Assembly (NCBI GenBank): GCA_963668675.2
Contig: CAXXMB010000002.1
Location: 1,664,001 to 1,728,000, forward strand
DNA length: 64,000 nt
Reading direction: 5' to 3'
From: an uncultured Desulfatitalea sp.
GTDB taxonomy: Bacteria > Desulfobacterota > Desulfobacteria > Desulfobacterales > Desulfosarcinaceae
The notes under the pieces were generated by a model that was not told the origin of the DNA, ran no database searches, and saw nothing but the letters and a program-made list of their open reading frames with translations. A program made the translations under genes and the position numbers. Positions 18,538 through 27,507 of this stretch are shown here, in pieces; position 1 is the first letter of the stretch, and every line of letters starts with the position of its first letter.

Positions 18538-18852
18538 ATGTTTGACTTGATCAAAAAGAGCATGCTGACCGGTATCGGTTTGGCATTGAAAACCTGGGAC
18601 GAAGTCGAAGATCTGGTGAACGATCTGCAAAAAAAGGGGGAAATGTCGGAAACCGAGGGGCGCAAATTCCTGGATGATGCCAGAAAGCGCTATGAGGAGA
18701 CCCAGGAAAAGCTGGAGAAACGCATCGAGTCCTCTGTCAAAGATTTTCTAAAGAAAACCCAAATCGTCACCACCGATGAACTCAAAGATCTTAAGAAAGA
18801 GATCCGCGAACTCAAAGGCATTGTCAACAGCCTGACCAAAAAGGATGCGTAG
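18538..18852 (+). CDS. Phasin-family (granule-associated) coiled-coil protein
   Basis: KKSMLTGIGLA..T, L.KKGEMS..EG, amphipathic helices; directly upstream of the UbiB-family gene. Confidence 0.75.
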   Translation: MFDLIKKSMLTGIGLALKTWDEVEDLVNDLQKKGEMSETEGRKFLDDARKRYEETQEKLEKRIESSVKDFLKKTQIVTTDELKDLKKEIRELKGIVNSLTKKDA

Positions 18853-19041
18853 CGCAAGCCGACAAAAACACAAAGGCCGAGATCACTCTACACCCCACGG
18901 CACCATGGCCCGCAGAGTCGCGGGTTGCCCCTCGCCCCTTAATCCCGATGTCAAATGTTCTGAACGGTTGGCTCACACCCAACCGAGATGATGTTTGGCG
19001 CCAGGAAAATTGGTTAAGAACAGTTCCGCGTCTGGAGCCTT

Positions 19042-20739
19042 ATGATCAGCATCCGAAAAATCGGTGTGATTGGACGCACCTACCGGCATCTGAATCGATA
19101 CCGCCAAATATTGGCGGTGCTTTTCAAATACGGGTTCGATGACCTGATCGACACGCTCAAGATCGAACAGTACATCGAAATCGGTTTACAAATGATCTCC
19201 CGCAAGCGGCGGGAGCGCTTGGAAAGACTCACACGTGCCGAGCGTACGCGCATGGCCCTGGAGGAGTTGGGCCCCACCTATATCAAGCTGGGCCAGATCC
19301 TCTCGACCCGCCCCGACCTGGTATCCGTCGATTTTGTCAACGAGTTCAGTAAACTGCAGGACAAGGTGCCGCCATTCAATTTCGACGCCTACGTTCAAAC
19401 CATCGAGTCCGAACTGAATGCCTCTTACGAGCATGTCTTTGCCGAGTTGGATGAGACGCCCCTCGCCTCGGCATCGATCGGGCAGGTACACCGTGCCCGG
19501 CTGCACAATGGCGACGAAGTGGTGGTCAAGGTCCAGCGCCCCGGCATCGAAAAGATCATAGAGGTCGATCTGGAGATCATGCTCCATCTGGCCACCCTGG
19601 CCGAACGGCACATTGAGGAGCTCGCCCTGCATCGGCCGGTTAAGATCGTCGAAGAGTTTGCCAACACCCTCGAAAAGGAGATGGATTATACCCTGGAGGC
19701 GTCGAGCATGGAACGGGTCGCCGGTCAGTTCCTCGGGGCACCGGAGGTCTACGTCCCCAAAGTCTACCGTAACTATTCGACACAGCATATCCTGATCAGC
19801 GAGTATGTCGACGGCATCAAGGTTTCCGATATCGAGCGCCTTGACGCAGCCGGCCTGGACCGTCAGCTGATCACCCAACGGGGTGCGGATATTCTCTTTA
19901 AGCAGATCTTCGGTTTCGGATTCTTTCACGCCGATCCCCATCCGGGCAACATCTTCGTGTTGCCCAATAATGTAATCTGCCTGATCGATTTCGGAATGAC
20001 CGGCGCCGTGGATCGGTCCACGCGCGAAATTTTTGTGCGCCTGGTCAACAACATCATTCGCCGCGACGAGCCGCGCACCGCCGAGGTGCTGCTCAAGCTA
20101 TGCGAGTGGGACGATGAGCCGGACCGTACCCAACTGGAGAAGGATGTGGCCGATTTCGTGGGCCGCCATCTATACCGGCCACTCAATGAAATTCATTTCG
20201 GCAAATTGATGCAGCACCTGCTCGAACTGGCCACAAAGAACCGCATGCGCATTCCACCCGACGCCTTCCTGATGCTCAAGGCGCTCTCCCAGGTGGAAGA
20301 CATCGCCCGGAGACTCTATCCTGACTTTGACATGATACAGGCGGTCACGCCGTTCATCCGCGATGTGAAGGTCGCCCGGCTGGCGCCCAAACGGCTGATG
20401 GATGATTTGGTATACCTGGTCGAACAAGGCTATGAATTTCTCACCGACTTTCCCAAGGATCTGCTGGAGATCAGCCACAGCCTCCGCCAAAAAAAGTTAT
20501 CGTTCACCCTGGTCATCAAGGATCTGGACAAAATGCTGGCCACCCACGACCAGATCAGCAACCGCATCTCGTTCGCCATCATCATCGCGGCCCTGATCAT
20601 CGGCTCGGCCCTCATCGTCATCTCCAGAATGCCGCCCATGTTTTACGGCATCTCGCTCATCGGTCTGATCGGCTTCCTGGCCGCCGGTTTTCTGGGGATC
20701 TGGCTGCTGGTGGCCATCATTAAAAAAGGCCGTCTATAA
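19042..20739 (+). CDS. AarF/UbiB/ABC1 family atypical kinase
   Basis: LGPTYIKLGQ.LSTRPD, ASASIGQVH, VKVQRP, FFHADPHPGN, IDFG, C-terminal TM helices. Confidence 0.93.
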   Translation: MISIRKIGVIGRTYRHLNRYRQILAVLFKYGFDDLIDTLKIEQYIEIGLQMISRKRRERLERLTRAERTRMALEELGPTYIKLGQILSTRPDLVSVDFVNEFSKLQDKVPPFNFDAYVQTIESELNASYEHVFAELDETPLASASIGQVHRARLHNGDEVVVKVQRPGIEKIIEVDLEIMLHLATLAERHIEELALHRPVKIVEEFANTLEKEMDYTLEASSMERVAGQFLGAPEVYVPKVYRNYSTQHILISEYVDGIKVSDIERLDAAGLDRQLITQRGADILFKQIFGFGFFHADPHPGNIFVLPNNVICLIDFGMTGAVDRSTREIFVRLVNNIIRRDEPRTAEVLLKLCEWDDEPDRTQLEKDVADFVGRHLYRPLNEIHFGKLMQHLLELATKNRMRIPPDAFLMLKALSQVEDIARRLYPDFDMIQAVTPFIRDVKVARLAPKRLMDDLVYLVEQGYEFLTDFPKDLLEISHSLRQKKLSFTLVIKDLDKMLATHDQISNRISFAIIIAALIIGSALIVISRMPPMFYGISLIGLIGFLAAGFLGIWLLVAIIKKGRL

Positions 20740-21036
20740 GGAACGTTTCGAACACACCTTGACCACGTTGTTGGACCCGCCAAAGCAGTTGGGGCAGCAT
20801 CGCTCATTGCAGGGGTCCTCACACCACTGACCATCCACATAGTACTTGTACTCATACGATCCCGGAAGCAGCATCACGGAGCGAGTCCACACCCCTTGAC
20901 CGTCACGCTTCATGGGATGCTTCTTCAAAGACCAATCATTGAAACTGCCCGCCAGGACAACCTCTCTGGCGCCAGGCGCCTCAAAAGCAAATGTGATCTT
21001 CCTGCGCCCGCTGCTGGTGCCTCCTTTTCCGTTCAT
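20734..21036 (-). CDS. Stand-alone glycogen-binding (CBM48/AMPK1_CBM) protein
   Basis: V.LAGSFNDW, GVW, GSYEYKYYVDG.W..DP; aaggag RBS before ATG 21036. Confidence 0.85.
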   Translation of the reverse strand: MNGKGGTSSGRRKITFAFEAPGAREVVLAGSFNDWSLKKHPMKRDGQGVWTRSVMLLPGSYEYKYYVDGQWCEDPCNERCCPNCFGGSNNVVKVCSKRSL

Positions 21037-21101
21037 TCTATTTCTCCTTGTCCCGATTTCAGGTACTCGCGCGTCTGCCGAAAACAAACTGTTTATTGAT
21101 A

Positions 21102-21117
21102 CGCAAGAGACATGCCG
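21102..21117 (-). promoter_or_regulatory. Candidate sigma54 promoter of the CBM48 gene
   Basis: Minus strand CGGCATgtctcTTGCG, AT-rich IHF-like tract upstream, and tgtgtcaaa...tttgacgca inverted repeat near 21210-21249. Confidence 0.5.
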
Positions 21118-21289
21118 TTGGACCGAAATCCAACAAACCCATAAATACTTAAATTTATTAATTTATTTATGTAATCAAATGGTATGCATTCGATCGGCAG
21201 GACAATCCTGTGTCAAAATAGCTGTACGGAAGGAAAAAGATTTGACGCACCGGCGGGCGATGTGAATGATGGGTTGACCATAGCGCTTT

Positions 21290-21310
21290 CCCCCCTTTGG
21301 AAAAGGGGGG
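21290..21310. repeat. CCCCCTTT-N3-AAAGGGGG palindromic repeat
   Basis: cccccctttggaaaagggggg; related copies at 35934, 46021 and 46861-46982. Confidence 0.6.
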
Positions 21311-21354
21311 CGTTTCGATACCGCTTTCAATTCAAACTTCCGGCAAAGCCGGCC

Positions 21355-23022
21355 CTACACCATGGTATACCCCGGCCCCTCCCCGCCTTCGGGGCAGGTC
21401 CAGGTGATGTTGCCGTAAGGATCCTTGATATCGCACGTCTTGCAGTGGAAGCAATTGGACGGGTTGAGTTTGATATGCGCTTTCCCGCTCTTCTCGTCGA
21501 GTTCCAGTTCATAGACATTGCCGGGGCAGAAGCGGGTACACGGGCTGCCGTACTCTGGATAGCACTGGCTGCTGCACACCTCCGGATCGGGGATGATCAG
21601 ATGGGAAGGCTGATCTTCGCGATGCATGGTTTTGGAGAGATAGACCCCGGTCAGTTTGTCCACATAGAGCTCGCCGTCATATTTTTCGCCAGGCCCTTTG
21701 GCGGAAACCCCCTTAACCATCGGTTTCAGCGTGTCGGCATCGGCCTCCATATCCATGGGATCGACAATGCCGCGGCCGCCGGTCACGTATTGGGCGCCAA
21801 GGTGGACAAACTTGGCGATGCCCTTCTTGGACAGGGCCTGGGCGAAATTGCGACCCTCCCACATCTCGCTCTTGATCCAACTCTGCTCGAACGCCTGCTG
21901 ATAGCCGTCCAACCCCGCAGCTGAGACATCCTCCCTGGCGAGCGCCGCCACCGCCGCCTCGGCGGCCAACATCCCCGACTTCATTCCCACGTGAACGCCT
22001 TTGAGCGCCGGGGTGTTGTGAATTTCGGCACAGCCGCCCACGAGAAGCCCGCCGTCCACGGCCAATTTCGGCATGGTGTAGTAGCCGCCAGTGGCCACGG
22101 TACGCGCGCCCTGTTCGATCACCTTGCCACCCTTGATGATATTCGCCACAAACGGATGGCGTTTGAAGCGGATGAACATCTCATAAGGATCGAGGGCCGG
22201 ATCCTCATAGCAGAGCGCCGTCAGATAGCCGATGCCCAGACGGTTCTGCGACATTTCGTAAATGAAGCCGCCACCCGGCGTACCGAGCCCCAGCGGATAC
22301 CCCATCACGTGTATATCGTTGGCGCTGTTACCGGTGAAGAAGGTGTCGCCCTCGGGCAATTGAATCACCTCTTTGATACCGGTCTCGTAAACGGCGGGCA
22401 GTTTGTCCCGGTAAAGATCCAGCTTCACACCCATGGCTTTGACCAGGCTGCCGCGGGCACCCTCGGCAAACACCGTCACCTTGGCCAGCAGATCGATGCC
22501 GGGCTCGAAGTTGGACTTCTCCTCGCCCTCTTTGCCCAGCCCCTTGTCTCCAGTGCGCACACCGATGACCGTGCGGCCATCGTCTCCGTAGAGAACCTCC
22601 TTTCCGGCGAATCCTGGAAAGATGTTGACCCCCATCTCTTCGGCCACCCCCCCCATCCACTGGGAGACACGAGACAGACTGATGATATAGCACCCCTTGT
22701 TGTGCATATATCGGGGCACCATGGGTATGGCCATCGACTTGGCAGCCGTGAGGTAGTAAAACGCATCGCCACGCACCACCGCCTCCACCGGGCATCCCTT
22801 CTCCATGTGGTCGGGCATCAATTCATTGAGAACGTCAGGCTTCAGAATAGCGCCGCTAACGGCATGGGAGCCGATCTCGGCACCCTTGTCGATCAGTGCC
22901 ACCTCCAACTCCTGACCCTTCTCCTGGGCCAGCTGCATCAGACGAATAGCACTGGCCAACCCCGCAGGTCCGCCGCCGACAATGAGAACATCAAACTCAA
23001 TGGATTCACGTTCGGTTGTCAT
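21355..23022 (-). CDS. Electron transfer flavoprotein:quinone oxidoreductase (FixC-FixX-like fusion)
   Basis: GGGPAG FAD motif, SGA, AEGARG, C-terminal ferredoxin (C.RFCP..VY, NC.HCKTCDIKDP, W..PEGG.GP.Y). Confidence 0.93.
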   Translation of the reverse strand: MTTERESIEFDVLIVGGGPAGLASAIRLMQLAQEKGQELEVALIDKGAEIGSHAVSGAILKPDVLNELMPDHMEKGCPVEAVVRGDAFYYLTAAKSMAIPMVPRYMHNKGCYIISLSRVSQWMGGVAEEMGVNIFPGFAGKEVLYGDDGRTVIGVRTGDKGLGKEGEEKSNFEPGIDLLAKVTVFAEGARGSLVKAMGVKLDLYRDKLPAVYETGIKEVIQLPEGDTFFTGNSANDIHVMGYPLGLGTPGGGFIYEMSQNRLGIGYLTALCYEDPALDPYEMFIRFKRHPFVANIIKGGKVIEQGARTVATGGYYTMPKLAVDGGLLVGGCAEIHNTPALKGVHVGMKSGMLAAEAAVAALAREDVSAAGLDGYQQAFEQSWIKSEMWEGRNFAQALSKKGIAKFVHLGAQYVTGGRGIVDPMDMEADADTLKPMVKGVSAKGPGEKYDGELYVDKLTGVYLSKTMHREDQPSHLIIPDPEVCSSQCYPEYGSPCTRFCPGNVYELELDEKSGKAHIKLNPSNCFHCKTCDIKDPYGNITWTCPEGGEGPGYTMV

Positions 23023-23240
23023 AAATTGTTTCCCCTGTGGTTGTTTGGATTGTCCCTGCCGGATATCGATGCCAAGGACTCCGCTGCTGCCAGGAATCCG
23101 GAAGGATCCTTGTATGTAGTGTCCGTCGTCAAGCTCCGGACGGGGCTCAGCGATAGCATGAAATACTTTGGATGTAAATATGGCCCGCTCTTGCCTCCCG
23201 ACAGCACATAGGGCAATTGATCACTTTGGTGATCTCACGC

Positions 23241-23269
23241 TTGACACACCCTCCATCACTTTTTAGTAT
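23241..23269 (+). promoter_or_regulatory. Candidate sigma70 promoter
   Basis: TTGACA-17 nt-TAGTAT, preceded by the palindrome gatcac-tttg-gtgatc. Confidence 0.55.
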
Positions 23270-23435
23270 CTCAGCGCTTGAGTTCTGTTCACATTTGGAG
23301 GCGAGTCCAGCGGATGGTCTGCACCTTTACAGCATTGAATGTTGGTGCCGCTGGGCTCGCCGGTTCTTAAATCCCAAAAATTGAATCGGTAATCTTAATT
23401 TTCAACCTCAGATAGAATCAAGGTACACGACACGT

Positions 23436-24437
23436 ATGTCAATTGAGACGCAAAAAACCACCCGGGCCCTGGGTCTGTGCTCCGGCGGCCTGGACAGCAT
23501 TCTTTCCGCCCTCGTGCTGCGCAAGCAAGGGATCCATGTGGAGTGGATCACCTTCGAAACACCCTTTTTTACCGCCGAAAAAGCCCAACGGGCGGCGGAT
23601 CAGACAGGCATCCCCCTCCATATCGAAGATATCACCGAAGACTACCTGGAGATGCTCAAGCACCCGCCCGCCGGATTCGGAAAAAACATGAACCCCTGCA
23701 TGGATTGCCACACCATGATGTTCAACAAGGCCGGCCAATTCATGCAGGCCAACGGCTTTGACTTCCTGTTCAGCGGCGAAGTGCGCGGCCAGCGCCCCAT
23801 GTCCCAGAACATCTCCTCCCTGCGTTATGTGGAAAAGCACTCCCAATTCGGGGGCCGCATTCTCAGACCGCTCAGTGCCAAATGCATGCCCGAAACCCCC
23901 ATGGAGCAGCAGGGCTTCGTGGACCGCAGCCAACTGCTCGGCTTGAGCGGACGCTCGCGGAAACCGCAGATGGCCCTGGCAAAAGAGCTCGGCATCCATG
24001 ACTATCCTTCACCAGCCGGTGGATGCCTGTTGACCGACCCGGGCTACTCCCGCCGCCTCAGGGATCTGATCGATCATGGCGCCGAGTTGACCCGCAATGC
24101 ACTGTTCCTGCTGCGCCACGGACGCCACATGCGCCTGGGGCCTGAGACCAAAATCATCGTCGGACGCACCAAACAGGACAACGAACAGATCCTGAAATGG
24201 CGCAATCCGGAAAAAGACACACTCTTAAAGGTCAAAAAATTCGCAGGCCCCGTTGTCATCATGCCTGGCGGCGGTCCCCAGCCCATGCTATTTCTAGCCG
24301 CCTGCATCTGCGCCGGATACAGCAAAGCCCCCGTCTCCGATCCGGCCGGTGTCCTGGTTGAAACCGGCGGCAAATCGGAAAACGTCTCCGCACTGCCGGT
24401 CACCCCAAAGGAGGCAAAGCGGTTTTTAATCACCTAA
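23436..24437 (+). CDS. PP-loop tRNA thiolation enzyme (ThiI/MnmA-like)
   Basis: SGGLDS PP-loop, NPCMDCH, GEV.GQRPMSQ, PAGGCLLTDP. Confidence 0.82.
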   Translation: MSIETQKTTRALGLCSGGLDSILSALVLRKQGIHVEWITFETPFFTAEKAQRAADQTGIPLHIEDITEDYLEMLKHPPAGFGKNMNPCMDCHTMMFNKAGQFMQANGFDFLFSGEVRGQRPMSQNISSLRYVEKHSQFGGRILRPLSAKCMPETPMEQQGFVDRSQLLGLSGRSRKPQMALAKELGIHDYPSPAGGCLLTDPGYSRRLRDLIDHGAELTRNALFLLRHGRHMRLGPETKIIVGRTKQDNEQILKWRNPEKDTLLKVKKFAGPVVIMPGGGPQPMLFLAACICAGYSKAPVSDPAGVLVETGGKSENVSALPVTPKEAKRFLIT

Positions 24438-24489
24438 TTCTACCGGAGAGACACGCCCCGTTCTCTTTGAAACATTGCGCCGGAACGGG

Positions 24490-24517
24490 GTAGGGGAACG
24501 ATGTATCGTGCCCCTGC
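24490..24517. repeat. GTAG-type REP palindrome
   Basis: gtaggggaacgatgtatcgtgcccctgc, similar to the copy at 15426. Confidence 0.55.
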
Positions 24518-24591
24518 GTGGCCACAAGCCTTAGGCGCGTTAAAAGTGTGAATCAACGATTTGAAAATTGAAAGGAAAGGGGATGCCTACC

Positions 24592-25353
24592 ATGAAACTG
24601 AAAGAGAAAGTCGCCATCGTCACCGGTGCCAGCAAAGGCATCGGCAAAGCCATCGCCGAAGCATACGCCCGTGAAGGCGCCAGCGTGGTTCTGGCAAGCC
24701 GCTCCACAGACCTGCTCGGCGCCATCGAAAAAGAGATCGGCGCCCAAGGCGGAAAGGCCATGGCGCTTCCGGTGGACGTTACCAGCGCCGAGAGCGTCAA
24801 CGCCATGGTCGACCGGACCATGGACGCCTATGGCCGCCTCGACATCCTGGTCAACAATGCCGGCATCTCCATGGCCCACCCGTCGGAAGAGCTGCCGGCC
24901 GAAGCGTGGCAGCGCGCCATGGAGACGAACCTCTCCGGCACCTTCTATGGCTGCCAGGCCGCCGCCAGGGTCATGATCCCCCAGGGGGGCGGATGCATCA
25001 TCAACATCTCCTCGATTTATGGGATGGTGGCGGCGCCGGGCCGGGTCGCCTACTGCGCAACCAAAGCCGCCGCCAATATGCTCACCAAGGTGCTGGCCGT
25101 GGAGTGGGGCGACAAGCAGATCCGCGTCAATGCCATCGCTCCGGGCTATACGCGCACCGAGTTGGTACAAGGGGTCATCGATAAAGGGATGATCGCCTTG
25201 GACGCCATCGAGAAACGCACCCCGCTAGGTCGAATCGGAGAGGTCGGGGACATGACCGGCCTGGCCGTCTACATGGCCAGCGACGAAGCGGCCTACCTGA
25301 CCGGCAGCATCGTAAATGTCGACGGCGGGTGGGTCGCCAACGGGTACTTGTAG
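24592..25353 (+). CDS. Classical short-chain dehydrogenase/reductase
   Basis: TGASKGIG, NNAG, SS, YCATK, VNAIAPG, VDGG. Confidence 0.93.
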   Translation: MKLKEKVAIVTGASKGIGKAIAEAYAREGASVVLASRSTDLLGAIEKEIGAQGGKAMALPVDVTSAESVNAMVDRTMDAYGRLDILVNNAGISMAHPSEELPAEAWQRAMETNLSGTFYGCQAAARVMIPQGGGCIINISSIYGMVAAPGRVAYCATKAAANMLTKVLAVEWGDKQIRVNAIAPGYTRTELVQGVIDKGMIALDAIEKRTPLGRIGEVGDMTGLAVYMASDEAAYLTGSIVNVDGGWVANGYL

Positions 25354-25389
25354 CGAACCACCGAGTGCCCCCTAAGCGAAATCCGTTTC

Positions 25390-25619
25390 GCTCTGGCATT
25401 GGAAAAGGTATGGCGCTCACTGGCAAGGCGCTTGTCGGGCATTTCAAATCGCAGGTCTACCCTCCCCTCCAGAACCACCCACAGGTGCATGGCCGGCTCT
25501 CCCTCGGCAAAAAGCTGGTCGCCTTGCCGATACGCCAATGCCCCACAGTATGGTTCGAGCTTGATGAGCTGCCGCTGGGACAATCCCTGAAACGCCTCGA
25601 TATTGGATAGAATGGACAA
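25390..25619 (-). pseudogene. Truncated cyclic-nucleotide-binding domain fragment
   Basis: F.GLS..QL..L, G..LF.EGE.A..LWVVLEG.V are present, but similarity ends before the FG(E/W) phosphate-binding cassette and the ORF runs into the SDR 3' end. Confidence 0.55.
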
Positions 25620-25886
25620 GGCCTCGTTCAGGTGTCAAAGAGTGGTCAAGCTTCGTGCGGAGAGACGAGGTGGCTGCATTTCATATGCAACCGGGTATCT
25701 TTTAAAGAGACGTAAAACGCATTGGGGCGATGAATCGTGCAGATCGGTTGACTGAAAGTTGAAACCGATGCCAATCATGTTGCTCAATTGGAGGGGGCGT
25801 TTAATCCTTTGCAGTGGTTGATATAAAATTCTACCCGAATTGATTCCGACAAGTCAACATTTTCAAAGCGCTACCGGCCCTGAATT

Positions 25887-26921
25887 TCACCTCGAACTAC
25901 GGTTGGCCCGCAACTGACCACACGCAGCCATGATGTCCAATCCCTTGCTGTAGCGCACCACGCTGGTGAAGTGCTTGTCGATGAGAACGCTCTGAAAGGC
26001 CTGGATGCGTCTCTCGTCCGGGCGCTTGAACGAGCTCTCGGGAAAAGGGTTGAAGGGGATCAGGTTGATCTTGGCCTTGAGGGGCCCCAGCAGTTTCGAG
26101 AGTGCGCGGGCTTGTTGCAGGGAGTCGTTGACCCCCTTGAAGAGAATGTATTCGAAGGTGATTTTGCGCCCCTTGGGAAGCGGGTAACTTCGGCAAGCGT
26201 CGAGCAGTTGCGCGATGGGATAGGCCCGATTGATCGGCATCAGGCGGCTGCGCGCATCGTCTTCGACCTCGTTGAGCGATATGGCCAGGTTCACGCGCGT
26301 ATCGCGGCCCAGGTCGAGAATGCGGGGCACCAGTCCAGCGGTGGAGACCGTTACGCGGCGCGACGCGAACTTCATCCCCCAATCGCTGCAGGTCAATATT
26401 TGCAGTGCTGGAAGCAACTGGCCGTAATTGGCCAGGGGTTCTCCCATACCCATGAAGACCAGATTGGTCAATTGGGCCGGATCCGTCATCTGGCGGCGCA
26501 CCTCCCACACCTGCCCCACGATCTCACTGAACGCCAGATTGCGCACCAACCCCATCTGGCCGGTCAGGCAAAAACGGCAGCCCTGTGCGCACCCCACCTG
26601 GCTGGAAACGCACAGGGTGTAGTGGTTGCGCTCCGGAATCAGTACGCTTTCGACCATCTCTCCGTCTTGGAGACGGAACAGGTACTTGCGTGTGCCGTCT
26701 GCGGATGTGAGCACCTGGTCGATATCGAGGCGGCCGTACGTGAAGTGCTCTGCCAGCATCGCCCGCACCGATTTGCTTAAATCGGTCATCTGGTCGAAGC
26801 CGACCACCTGGCGCACATAGATCCACTTGAGGATCTGGTCGGCGCGATAGGCTTTCTGGTCATGCCGGGCCAGCCAATCGAGCAGCGCCTCTTTGGTCAG
26901 TGATTTGATATCCCGTATCAT
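25887..26921 (-). CDS. rlmN: Dual-specificity 23S rRNA/tRNA methyltransferase RlmN
   Basis: DGTRKYLF, CVSSQVGCAQGCRFC, MGMGEP, NLIPFN, AACGQL. Confidence 0.96.
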   Translation of the reverse strand: MIRDIKSLTKEALLDWLARHDQKAYRADQILKWIYVRQVVGFDQMTDLSKSVRAMLAEHFTYGRLDIDQVLTSADGTRKYLFRLQDGEMVESVLIPERNHYTLCVSSQVGCAQGCRFCLTGQMGLVRNLAFSEIVGQVWEVRRQMTDPAQLTNLVFMGMGEPLANYGQLLPALQILTCSDWGMKFASRRVTVSTAGLVPRILDLGRDTRVNLAISLNEVEDDARSRLMPINRAYPIAQLLDACRSYPLPKGRKITFEYILFKGVNDSLQQARALSKLLGPLKAKINLIPFNPFPESSFKRPDERRIQAFQSVLIDKHFTSVVRYSKGLDIMAACGQLRANRSSR

Positions 26922-27005
26922 GGGTTCGGTTTGGCCCTCCAGCCCCCTTTATTTCAACCCCGAAGGCAACGTATAGCATCGACAGAGGGCATCGGGAATG
27001 CAAGT

Positions 27006-27261
27006 ATGAAAGTGCAAAAGCGGAAAGCAGATGGTCCTTGCCGATTCAACGGACGCAGCTTTCAGGCCATAGAGAGAGGGTGCGTGCATCCCAATCTATT
27101 ACCCCAACCCACTGCGTATCGGGGTCCGGGTGCTCGCTCTTGGGGAAGGGAGGAGACGGGCACTGATTGTTCAGCCGATAACGGAGCCCTGGTGCATATG
27201 ATCGGCTCCTTGCCCATAAGATCTGCAGGGCACCTTCGCTTTCGCACTTTTGCACTTTCAT
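27006..27261. repeat. About 40-bp imperfect inverted repeats bracketing about 175 bp
   Basis: atgaaagtgcaaaag (27006-27020) perfectly complementary to 27247-27261, with imperfect extension inward. Confidence 0.55.
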
Positions 27262-27410
27262 TCTCGCATACATCCAACCCATTTTGATGTTGAGCTCAAC
27301 GGTTTTCGATCATCGCCATCGCAGCTATATATGGGCAATCCACTCTTTTAAGCCTTGCTCCCCTCCCCCATTGGTGCTATAGGAGCCCGGCTTACGAACC
27401 ATTGTGTCAT

Positions 27411-27443
27411 AAACGGCAACCTTGGTGTTGCCGTTTTGTTTTG
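27411..27443 (+). terminator. Intrinsic terminator-like hairpin upstream of the ffh promoter
   Basis: aaacggcaac-cttggt-gttgccgttt followed by tgttttg. Confidence 0.6.
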
Positions 27444-27507
27444 CTTGACTTATCATTTATATCAATTTATTTTCAAGGTTTTATTGGTACTGGATGCGGT
27501 ATGGATC

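Noticed and set aside
23085..23112. SRP RNA-like ccggaagg motif
   Set aside because: Lacks the CAGG..GGAAGCAGC internal loop and the long flanking helix
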